This document shows, piece by piece, positions 49,026-57,205 of a stretch of DNA of 64,000 nucleotides. Both the position numbers and the translations under genes were made by a program. Every line of letters starts with the position of its first letter. Position 1 is the stretch's first letter. This DNA comes from Thermodesulfovibrionales bacterium (GTDB taxonomy: Bacteria > Nitrospirota > Thermodesulfovibrionia > Thermodesulfovibrionales > UBA6898). Location: assembly GCA_044450345.1 (NCBI GenBank), contig JBIOIY010000005.1, forward strand, positions 1 to 64,000, in the 5' to 3' direction. The notes under the pieces are model-generated. The model was not told the origin of the DNA and did not search any database. It saw only the letters and a program-made list of their open reading frames with translations.

Positions 49026-49176
49026 CAGGCTGCCGTATGCGAAACCAAGGTTGAGAATCATCACCCTTGTCGCTGAGGAAGTCCTCGCGATATCATGCAA
49101 GCAGGCCACTGGGGCGCCTGCAAAGAATGGACATGGGTGCGGATTTCCCAGTTGCCGTGCCGCAGGAGGCTCATAA
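48997..49176 (+). CDS. Putative RiPP precursor peptide, 59 aa (MVDNQKKSVDRLPYAKPRLRIITLVAEEVLAISCKQATGAPAKNGHGCGFPSCRAAGGS)
   Basis: Missing from the ORF track. AAGGAG at 48988-48993; YAKPRL leader motif; Cys/Gly-rich core; fills the gap between the rSAM and kinase-like genes. Confidence 0.85.
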   Translation: MVDNQKKSVDRLPYAKPRLRIITLVAEEVLAISCKQATGAPAKNGHGCGFPSCRAAGGS

Positions 49177-49209
49177 TCATGAGATGGATATGAGCCGTTA
49201 CGGAACTGG

Positions 49210-50133
49210 TTGTTTTTGAATATCGTTATCGCTGATATTCATTTCCGCATACGCTCCGGAGATATGCCCCTTCTGAATGACCCCTCGCGAAGAACCTATG
49301 GGCCGTTCATCGCAGACAGAGTCTCTTCCGGCGAAGGGGCCGCAAGCATTGATATCACCATTGAGGCAAGAGACTTCCCCAACACCGGGCAATTAATAAA
49401 GATATTTGAAACTCCGGATTCCTGGTCTATGTTCAGGGACGGAGACCAGTATTTCTGGATGGATATCTCTGCATCGTTGGGAGGGAAGCCGGATTATGTT
49501 GCCAGTTTCCATCGGCGGCCTGAAAAGGTGACGGTCTATTGCGGGGAATCTTTTGTAACGGAAAGAGACGGCAAAAAAATGCTCATGAACCCCATCGCCT
49601 ATCCCCTGGACCAACTCTTACTTATGTATGCACTGGCGGAAAGGGAAGGTGCCTGCATGCATGCAGCCGCCCTTGATTTGGACGGTAAGGGATATCTCTT
49701 TCCCGGCAGATCGGGCGCCGGCAAGAGCACGATTGCGCGAAGCTTCACAGCCAGAAACCGTGCCTTATTGAGTGACGACAGGGTGGTCGTCAGGAAGATA
49801 GGCGACAAATTCAGGTGCTTTGGGACACCATGGGCCGGCGATGCCGGGATTGCCGAAAACAGGAGTCTGCCTCTCAACGGAATCTTTTTCATCCATCATG
49901 GGAATGAAAACAGGATTGAAACAATAACACCGAGAGAGGCATTTGAGAGACTCATGCCTGTGACTTCCATCCCCTGGTACGATGATAAAGTCATGCCTGC
50001 CGTACTCTCTTTCTGTGAAGATCTGGCCCTGCATGTGCCCGCCTATGTCCTGCACTTCACGCCGGACCGCAGGGCCGCGGACTTGATTGAAGGGTTCGTT
50101 TCGGATAAGGAAATACATGGCGCTATTCCGTAA
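49210..50133 (+). CDS. HPr-kinase-like P-loop protein (ScmC/lasso-kinase-like)
   Basis: MHAAAL, GRSGAGKST, LLSDD, GTPW.G. Confidence 0.8.
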   Translation: MFLNIVIADIHFRIRSGDMPLLNDPSRRTYGPFIADRVSSGEGAASIDITIEARDFPNTGQLIKIFETPDSWSMFRDGDQYFWMDISASLGGKPDYVASFHRRPEKVTVYCGESFVTERDGKKMLMNPIAYPLDQLLLMYALAEREGACMHAAALDLDGKGYLFPGRSGAGKSTIARSFTARNRALLSDDRVVVRKIGDKFRCFGTPWAGDAGIAENRSLPLNGIFFIHHGNENRIETITPREAFERLMPVTSIPWYDDKVMPAVLSFCEDLALHVPAYVLHFTPDRRAADLIEGFVSDKEIHGAIP

Positions 50134-50148
50134 AGGATTACCTTAGGC

Positions 50149-50592
50149 ATGTTAGACATCGGCAGGGAAAATTTCCATGATATAGCGAAAGAGGTACTGG
50201 GAAGCGGCAAAGGTCTTGTCTTTGTGGCAGGCGGGAGCAGCATGTCGCCCTTCATTAAGCATGGGGATACCGTAGAGATACGACCTGACAGATCGTTACG
50301 GTTGGGCGATGTCGCTTTCTTAAGGAATCAGGAAGGCCGACTCGTATTGCACAGGGTCATAAAGATGACGGGGGCCGGCATAATTACGAGGGGCGACGCG
50401 GTCGAAGGGGATGACGACTTCACCCCGTTCGGAGATGTGCTCGGCAAGGCGGTCAAGTCTTCAGGATATAATTTTCATCTGAAATTCCCGTTCAACCGGC
50501 TCATAGCCCGGGGGTTCATCCGCCCTTCGAAACTCTCGCGAAACAGATTGTTATTCCCTCTCGCCAAAAAGATTGCCTCCCTCCTCGGTTGA
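50149..50592 (+). CDS. Soluble S24/S26-family serine peptidase
   Basis: GSSMSPFIKHGD, GDVAF, VLHRV, TRGD; no TM segment. Confidence 0.8.
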   Translation: MLDIGRENFHDIAKEVLGSGKGLVFVAGGSSMSPFIKHGDTVEIRPDRSLRLGDVAFLRNQEGRLVLHRVIKMTGAGIITRGDAVEGDDDFTPFGDVLGKAVKSSGYNFHLKFPFNRLIARGFIRPSKLSRNRLLFPLAKKIASLLG

Positions 50593-50672
50593 GGGGAGAA
50601 ACAGCATTATTTATTACGCTGTCCGGCACGCCTATTTCTCTTTTAATGCGATAGCCGCGGAGACCGTACGAG

Positions 50673-51111
50673 TTATTCGTCATGTGTCGGCTCCTGTTTC
50701 TTGATGGTTATCGGCGTATCCGCCACTCCGGCATAGAAGACAAGAATCTCTGCCGTTTTAACGCCTTCATTCTTTCCGTAATGCCGTTTATTCACGACCT
50801 CGACAATTGAATCTCCGGCTTTTAGATGTAATGTCTTGTTGTCCTCGGCAACAGCAGTCGGCTCCCCACTCAATAATACGCCTGCATTTATAACCGGATG
50901 TTTATGCAGAGATAATGGCGCTCCCGGCGGGATTTTTATTCTGAGAATCGTCAGTTCCGGGGGTGCCCTTCGGGTAGTCGGGCAGACGGCTCCCATCCCA
51001 GCTTAAACTCGTTTTTGTTAATACATCAACCTGGACGGCATTCAGATCCCCGGCAAAAACATTACTTGATAACAATAAAGCAAAACATATTACGTAAATC
51101 AGCTTTTTCAT
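50673..51111 (-). pseudogene. Secreted cupin-domain gene split by a +1 frameshift
   Basis: The MKKLIY..SWDGSRLPDYPKGTP frame joins PELTILRIKIPPG..HKHPVINAG in another frame at the G5 run 50959-50963. Confidence 0.8.
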
Positions 51112-51231
51112 TTCATAGTCCTTTCTTTTGCACGGGGGCAGAAGATCCCCCGATCCGCTGATAAATATTAATGAAAAGGGGGAATGTATGTGAAGAAGAA
51201 AACGTGAAACGTGAGAGGTCAAAGAGTGGAA

Positions 51232-51274
51232 CTGGATTCTCTACGGGTCGTAGACCCGCCTTCGCGGGCATAAC
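51232..51274 (-). repeat. Half REP-like element with nested TCTACGGGTCGTAGA palindrome
   Basis: Its reverse complement CGGGTCTACGACCCGTAGAGAATCCAG matches 23625-23651 except at one base. Confidence 0.75.
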
Positions 51275-51300
51275 GGAATCGGAAAAAACCCGGACCATCC

Positions 51301-51525
51301 TCAAAGATGGCGGGCAAGCCGTCGGTTCACTTCATATATCAACCTCACGGCTATTTTTTCGGAATCGATCTCATAAGTCCCTGCGGTCAGCGCTTTTTTG
51401 ATGGCCTCGATCTTACCAATCCTGATCTCGGGCAGCCGGCCGATAGCGTTTTTAAACCCTGCTATTTTCTCTGCCCTGAAATGAAGGTCCCGCCCTTCCG
51501 GCGGCATACCGCCATCTGTCTTCAT
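51301..51525 (-). CDS. flgM: Anti-sigma28 factor FlgM-like
   Basis: PEIR..KIEAIKKAL..GTYEIDSEKIA; AGGAGG RBS; sigma28 promoter; downstream of fliA. Confidence 0.8.
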   Translation of the reverse strand: MKTDGGMPPEGRDLHFRAEKIAGFKNAIGRLPEIRIGKIEAIKKALTAGTYEIDSEKIAVRLIYEVNRRLARHL

Positions 51526-51555
51526 TGCGACCTCCTGATGCGGGTGTTTTATTTC

Positions 51556-51582
51556 TTATCGGCACTTTTCTCAGTAACTTTA
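51556..51582 (-). promoter_or_regulatory. Sigma28 (FliA) promoter TAAA-N15-GCCGATAA
   Basis: Minus strand reads TAAAgttactgagaaaagtGCCGATAA, a perfect consensus 30 nt upstream of flgM. Confidence 0.88.
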
Positions 51583-51717
51583 CACGAAGAGCTGTGAAAC
51601 GATCTTGTCATAGACATTGACGTTAGCCGAAGCGGCGATCCTTTTGCCTTTTTTTGACCCGGTCAAAAAAACCGTTCTACCGGGCGGTAAACTCCCTCGG
51701 TGGATTGCAGAAGGTCC

Positions 51718-52524
51718 TCACCCCGCCGTGTAAGCTCCCACCAAGGCCGCACCATCGGCCATTCTTCGGTCTTTCGCAGGACACTCCTTCGGGGAGTCCT
51801 TTGCGGCCGCCATTTTCGCTTTCAGCCTTATCAACGCCTGATTATGCAGTTGGCAGATTCTTCCTTCAGTCAGTTTCATGATCTTGCCTATTTCTTTCAT
51901 CGTGAGTTCCTCCCAGTAATAGAGCGAAAGAAGCAGCCGCTCTTTCTCGGGAAGCTCATCAATAAGCCGCGCTATCATCTTTTTTCCCGCCTTTTCCTCC
52001 AGTGCTATCAGGGGATTGCACGCATTCGGATCAGGTATGCACTCCAGGATGTTCAGGCCGTCGTCCGTCGGGCCGTTGCCGTCGAAGTCCTCGAACCTGA
52101 ACTCGACAGCGCCGTTTGCTTCGCCGAGCGTCTTGTAATACTCGTCGAGCGTGAGGTTAAGCGCGCCCGCGACTTCCTCCTCTTCCGGCGGTCTGCCGAA
52201 TTCTCTTTCAAGCCCGGTATAGGCCTTCTTAAGGACGTTTACCTTCGCTTTCAGAGATCTCGGGAGCCACTCCACCGCCCGCAGTTCGTCGAGCATAGAC
52301 CCCTTGATCCTGAACTCTGCGTACGTCTTTAACTTGGCCCTGCCGCGCTCATATTTTCCCATGGCGTCGAGGAGCCCCATCAAGCCCGCGCTGATCAGGT
52401 CGTCCACCGTAAGCTGAGGCGGAAGCCGCCACGCCAGCCTGCCGGCGGTGTATTTTATAAAAGGCAAAAAATCTCGTATGACCTGTTCCTTCTCTTCTTC
52501 CCGGATTTCTTCATCTGTCTGCAT
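51718..52524 (-). CDS. fliA: RNA polymerase sigma28 factor
   Basis: DDLISAGLMGL, TYAEFRIKGSMLDELR..W.PRS, LYYWEELTMKEIG..LTEGRICQLH; GGAGG before ATG 52524. Confidence 0.92.
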   Translation of the reverse strand: MQTDEEIREEEKEQVIRDFLPFIKYTAGRLAWRLPPQLTVDDLISAGLMGLLDAMGKYERGRAKLKTYAEFRIKGSMLDELRAVEWLPRSLKAKVNVLKKAYTGLEREFGRPPEEEEVAGALNLTLDEYYKTLGEANGAVEFRFEDFDGNGPTDDGLNILECIPDPNACNPLIALEEKAGKKMIARLIDELPEKERLLLSLYYWEELTMKEIGKIMKLTEGRICQLHNQALIRLKAKMAAAKDSPKECPAKDRRMADGAALVGAYTAG

Positions 52525-52626
52525 GGTGATCCTCCCTGTCCCCCGGCCCATCACCCGCGCACGCCGGAAATGCCTCAAGTGGTTCCGGCTGCGGCACAGG
52601 TCCATGACGCCTTTGTCATTTCGTAC

Positions 52627-53466
52627 CTATACGGGTACGTTCCATTTTCCTCTGACCAAGTTCCCCCAGGAAAGCTGGAGGGTCCCTTTGACCCTGCTCG
52701 GGCGCTCACGAACGAGCCTCGAAGCTATCGCCGAAATATGTTTGGCTGCCCGGCTGCCGGGATCAGCATCTATGAACGCCTTCCGTGCCATGACCGCCTT
52801 CTGTATCGAACCGTCAAGCGGGATATATCCGAGATAATCGAGGGATATGTTCGGAAACTTCTCCGTAGCAAGAGAAAGTCTTCTGAAGACCTCGATCGCA
52901 TCATACCGGCCCTTTGCCAAGTTGACGAGGACCTTGAAGTCCTTCTCCTGATATCTCGTAAAAAGGGCCTTGATGAGCGCACAGGCGTCGGTCATGGAGG
53001 TCGGCTCCGGCGAAGTGACCACGATGATCTCCTGTGAGGCCATGCAGAAAAACGCGACGTTTGCGGATATCCCGGCGCCGGTGTCGATGAGGAGAAAATC
53101 CAAGTCGATATTACACGCTTCAAATTCTTCGATGAGTCTCATCCTCTGGAACTCATCGAGATCCGTCATCTCCTGCACCCCGGAACTGGCGGGCAGTATC
53201 CTGATACCGTAAGGCCCTTCGATGATCACGTCCATGAGCCCCTTTTCTCCGTTGAGAACATGATGGATGTCATATGGCGCCGCGAGGTCCAGCAGGACAT
53301 CGATATTGCCCAGGCCAAGGTCGGCGTCGAAGATCATCACTTTTTTCCCTATCTTCGCCAGGGCGACGGCAAGACTCACCGCCATGTTGGTCTTGCCTAC
53401 CCCTCCCTTCCCGCTTGTTATCGTGATCGTCCTGGCCATCCTGTCACCCTTTAAATCATTGTTCAT
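52627..53466 (-). CDS. flhG: FlhG/FleN MinD-like ATPase
   Basis: ITSGKGGVGKTN, DADLGLGNIDVLL, IDTGAGIS, PEPTSMTDA; upstream of fliA. Start uncertain. Confidence 0.88.
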   Translation of the reverse strand: MNNDLKGDRMARTITITSGKGGVGKTNMAVSLAVALAKIGKKVMIFDADLGLGNIDVLLDLAAPYDIHHVLNGEKGLMDVIIEGPYGIRILPASSGVQEMTDLDEFQRMRLIEEFEACNIDLDFLLIDTGAGISANVAFFCMASQEIIVVTSPEPTSMTDACALIKALFTRYQEKDFKVLVNLAKGRYDAIEVFRRLSLATEKFPNISLDYLGYIPLDGSIQKAVMARKAFIDADPGSRAAKHISAIASRLVRERPSRVKGTLQLSWGNLVRGKWNVPV

Positions 53467-53593
53467 CACACCACTTCTGTTAAGGACCATGTCTGAGGGT
53501 CGCTCGCTGTTCGGAAAATCGCTGTCCACCGGCGCCCTCTGCCCGCCGCTCTATACCCGCCATGTTTTTCGATTGATACTCGCCTGGGTAGAA

Positions 53594-53608
53594 TCAAGTA
53601 CCGTGCCA
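53594..53608 (-). promoter_or_regulatory. Sigma54-like promoter TGGCAC-N5-TTGA upstream of flhG
   Basis: Minus strand TGGCACGGTACTTGA; the -12 element deviates from TTGC by one base. Confidence 0.6.
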
Positions 53609-53662
53609 GTGGAAAAACGTTGGAAATTAAGACTTTTTAGTGAGTAGATCGTTCTGCTTGGC

Positions 53663-53676
53663 GTCAAAGAAATGAC
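53663..53676. promoter_or_regulatory. GTCA-N6-TGAC palindrome (FleQ-box-like), copy 1
   Basis: GTCAAAGAAATGAC. Confidence 0.55.
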
Positions 53677-53799
53677 AGAGTGATGGTTTTTCAGCTTTGT
53701 ATGGAAGAGGGCAAGTCAACCAGGGAATAAGTCAAAGTCATGCCGGCCGTATCATTCGCTCTCCAATGATGAAACGCGTACCTCTATACTTCATATACT

Positions 53800-53813
53800 G
53801 TCAGAGGTTTGAC
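53800..53813. promoter_or_regulatory. GTCA-N6-TGAC palindrome (FleQ-box-like), copy 2
   Basis: GTCAGAGGTTTGAC. Confidence 0.5.
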
Positions 53814-53920
53814 ATGAGTGCTGAAAGCGCTAAACTTGGAATAATGAGGGGTCTGTAGTCAGATTCAATCGCGCCTCCGAAAGGACGACGAGATACACTT
53901 TGCCGAGGTAAAGGAGGGAC

Positions 53921-55372
53921 ATGCACAACATACTCGTAATAGATGATACCGAATCGATCAGGGACTCACTAAGTATTTTTTTTGCGGAGGAAGGATTTCA
54001 TGTTGCCGCCGCCGCGGACGGCAAAACCGGACTCGATATGCTGAGACGTGAACACTTCGACATCTTTCTCGTAGATCTCATGATGCCCGGGATGGGCGGT
54101 CTCGATGTCCTCAAAGAGACCATCGCTCGCAAAATCCACGTCCCCTGCATCGTTATGACCGGCTATGCCACTGTCCAGACCGCGGTCGAAGCGATGAAAC
54201 TAGGCGCTTTCGACTATGTCACCAAACCGTTTCTGTACGAAGAGATCCTCATAAACATACGGAGGGCGCTGGATATTTCAAAGCTGCAGAGAGAAAATGA
54301 GATGCTGAAAAAGCAGCTGAAAAGTAAATACGATTTCCACGGCCTCACCGGGACCTCGCCACAGATAGAGAAGCTCCATAAATACATCGAAAAAATTGCG
54401 GATACGGAAAGCACCGTGCTTATCTCCGGCGAAAGCGGCACCGGCAAGGAAGTTGTCGCCAAAACTATTCACTACAATAGTTCGAGGTCCTCCAAACCGT
54501 TCATACCGTTAAATTGCGCAGCAATTCCTAAAGACCTCCTTGAGTCGGAGCTCTTCGGACATGAAAAAGGCTCCTTTACAGGGGCGCACACCACAAGGAT
54601 AGGCCGCTTTGAACTGGCCAACGGCGGTACCCTCCTTCTCGATGAGGTAGGCGAGCTCCATCCCAACCTCCAGGCAAAGATCCTCAGGGTGCTTCAGGAA
54701 AGGGAGTTTGAACGGTTGGGCGGCACGAAGACCATTAAAACCGATGTGAGAATACTTGCAGCGACGAACAAAGACCTCTTAAAGGCGACGAAGGACGGCA
54801 CGTTCAGGGAAGACCTCTACTACCGCCTCAACGTGATACCCCTTCATATACCTCCCCTAAGGGAAAGGAGAGAAGATATCGCCGTCCTGATCGAGCACTT
54901 CATGGGCGAGATCTGCAGGAGAAAAAAGAAAAAGCCCCTGACAATAGGTACTGCGGCGATGGAACATATCATGAACTACAGTTGGCCGGGCAACGTCAGA
55001 GAGCTCGAGAACCTAATAGAAAGACTGGTTATACTCGATGACGACGGCCTGGTTTCGACGGACGACCTCCCCGAACGTTTCTTCGAGGCGGTGCAGACCT
55101 CGGCAGAAGGCCCTGAGCAGCAGACAAAGGACCTGGCCTTCCAGACGGGAATCATTCTTCCGAGGGAGGGCATTGATATGAATGCCTGCATCGACGAAAT
55201 AGAGAGGGGCCTGATCGTGCAGGCGCTGGAAAGGGCGGGGGGGGTCAAGAAAAATGCCGCTGCGCTGCTCGGACTCAACCGAACAACCCTCCTCGACAAG
55301 TTGAAGAAGAAAGGCATTCAGACCGGTTCTCCTGCAACTGAGGACCCAAAGGAGAAAACTTTCTCTCCTTGA
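53921..55372 (+). CDS. Sigma54-dependent response regulator (REC-AAA-HTH), probably FleQ/FlrA-like by context
   Basis: GESGTGKE, ESELFGHEKGSFTGA, FREDLYYRLNV, WPGNVRELEN, Fis-type HTH LNRTTL. Confidence 0.92.
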   Translation: MHNILVIDDTESIRDSLSIFFAEEGFHVAAAADGKTGLDMLRREHFDIFLVDLMMPGMGGLDVLKETIARKIHVPCIVMTGYATVQTAVEAMKLGAFDYVTKPFLYEEILINIRRALDISKLQRENEMLKKQLKSKYDFHGLTGTSPQIEKLHKYIEKIADTESTVLISGESGTGKEVVAKTIHYNSSRSSKPFIPLNCAAIPKDLLESELFGHEKGSFTGAHTTRIGRFELANGGTLLLDEVGELHPNLQAKILRVLQEREFERLGGTKTIKTDVRILAATNKDLLKATKDGTFREDLYYRLNVIPLHIPPLRERREDIAVLIEHFMGEICRRKKKKPLTIGTAAMEHIMNYSWPGNVRELENLIERLVILDDDGLVSTDDLPERFFEAVQTSAEGPEQQTKDLAFQTGIILPREGIDMNACIDEIERGLIVQALERAGGVKKNAAALLGLNRTTLLDKLKKKGIQTGSPATEDPKEKTFSP

Positions 55373-55389
55373 AAATCATGGACACTGAG

Positions 55390-57096
55390 TCAGCTCTTCC
55401 AGAAGCTCATCAGCCTTATGGGAAGATCCGAGACCATCTCCTCAGTTGCCTCCTCGATATTGTCCTGCATATTGAGCGTCGTATAATTGACGGTTTTTGT
55501 CCGGGGCGCCGAGATTGTCTTCTTTGTCGCCGTATCGATGACCTTGATCGAAATTGTGGAGGCGTACTGTTCCATAGTCTGGCCGTAAAACTGGAGGGGC
55601 CCCGCATTCATGGTATTGACGGTAACATAGACAAGCACGTCCGCCTTCAGCTGACGCTGGTCTAACGCGTTCAGCGGTATCCCGTGTTTGGTGGAGGTCG
55701 GAAAAGACCGCTCCTGTAATTTCCTTCCGATAACGGATTCAACGATTTGTGAAATATTCGGTTCGCCGGAAGTCACGACGAGGACTGCAGGCATCACGGC
55801 ACGCTTCGACGGCCGGGACCGTTCGGCAGGAGCGGTACCGGGTTCTGTCTGCTTTGCCTCAGGGGCAAGGCTGTCCCGCGCCGCTCCTCTCACCTTACTG
55901 CCGGGCGCTGCGGGAGGGACACTCGCGATCTCATGTGAACCCGGGACATTCCCCCCGGCAGGCGGGGAAGATTCCACTCTCGAACCGTCGCCTCCCTGTG
56001 AGGACGGTTGTCCGGCCTCTCCGGCCGGCTGCGGGGCCGGGTCCCCTTTCTTTTCTTCCTGAGCAGAGGAAGGAAACACCTTAGTAAAGAGCGCCCGGTA
56101 GCCATACTTGGAGGCATAGAGGGCAGAGCCCCCCATGAGCGCAATGATCAGCACGGCCGCAACCAGAAACGGGACATTGCTTCTGGCCTTTGTCGTCGTT
56201 GCACCCCTAGTCTGCGGGGATGTCTGCGGCTGAACAGCTAAGACAGCCGCCTGCTTCGGGACCTCACCCTTTGGCTGTACTTTGTTCAGAGATTCAAGCG
56301 CCTCCCGGAATTCCACGACATTCTGAAATCGGTCCTCCGGTTTTTTGGCGATGGCCTTCAATACCACCGCCTCCGCTTGCGGGGAAATGCCGGGATTTAT
56401 CGATCTCGGAGACGGCGGCGCTTCATAGACGTGTTTGAAAATAACAGAAGATGGGGTATCGGCCTTGAAGGGGACGCTTCCCGTCAGGAGTTGGTAGAGG
56501 ACGATTCCGAGGGAATAGATGTCGGTCCGATGGTCCAGAGGCTTCCCTTCCCCCTGTTCAGGAGAAGTATAGGCCACAGTCCCCATATACATGTTGGTCT
56601 GGGTCAACTTTTTCGTCGCATCGAGGCTCTTGGCGAGCCCGAAATCGGCGATCTTGACGGTACCGTTTTTTGCGACCATGATATTGCTCGGTTTGATATC
56701 CCTGTGGATGATGTTCTTTCTCCATGCAGCCTCAAGTCCGCGGCAGACCTGGACGGTGATATCTATCGCCTCGCCCTCTGAGAAGGTGACCCCTCTCTTT
56801 ATCTTGTCGGCGAGGTCCTCCCCATCGACGTATTCCATAGCAAAGTAATGTATCCCGTCATCCGTAACACCTTTGCTGTATATCTGAAGGATATTTTCGT
56901 GCATGAGGGACGCGACCGCCTTTGCTTCAATGTCGAACCTCTCGCGGAATTCCTCGACCTCGCTGAGGTTACTCGGCAATATCTTTATCGCCACGTCCCT
57001 GTCAAGGGAAATCTGTCTAGCCTTGTACACCTGGCCCATTCCGCCCTTGCCGATCTCTTCCGTGATCTCAAAATCTCCGAATCTTTTTCCTATCAT
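55390..57096 (-). CDS. Membrane Hanks-type Ser/Thr protein kinase
   Basis: IGKGGMGQVY, VAIK, HRDIKPSN, DFG, DIYSLG; one TM and an extracytoplasmic tail. Confidence 0.93.
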   Translation of the reverse strand: MIGKRFGDFEITEEIGKGGMGQVYKARQISLDRDVAIKILPSNLSEVEEFRERFDIEAKAVASLMHENILQIYSKGVTDDGIHYFAMEYVDGEDLADKIKRGVTFSEGEAIDITVQVCRGLEAAWRKNIIHRDIKPSNIMVAKNGTVKIADFGLAKSLDATKKLTQTNMYMGTVAYTSPEQGEGKPLDHRTDIYSLGIVLYQLLTGSVPFKADTPSSVIFKHVYEAPPSPRSINPGISPQAEAVVLKAIAKKPEDRFQNVVEFREALESLNKVQPKGEVPKQAAVLAVQPQTSPQTRGATTTKARSNVPFLVAAVLIIALMGGSALYASKYGYRALFTKVFPSSAQEEKKGDPAPQPAGEAGQPSSQGGDGSRVESSPPAGGNVPGSHEIASVPPAAPGSKVRGAARDSLAPEAKQTEPGTAPAERSRPSKRAVMPAVLVVTSGEPNISQIVESVIGRKLQERSFPTSTKHGIPLNALDQRQLKADVLVYVTVNTMNAGPLQFYGQTMEQYASTISIKVIDTATKKTISAPRTKTVNYTTLNMQDNIEEATEEMVSDLPIRLMSFWKS

Positions 57097-57205
57097 AAGC
57101 GTCCTCCAACGGGTTTAGGCTTGTCAGCTATCGCCCCTGTCCCGGCCCTTCCCTTCTCGTTATCACGGATCTGTATGTCCTCCGGGACCTCCTGTGGCTA
57201 CAGGA

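Noticed and set aside
47584..50592. Lasso peptide or PQQ biosynthesis cluster
   Set aside because: There is no asparagine-synthetase-like cyclase, no B2 protease and no acidic ring residue in the core. pqqB/pqqC and an ExxxY PqqA motif are also absent.
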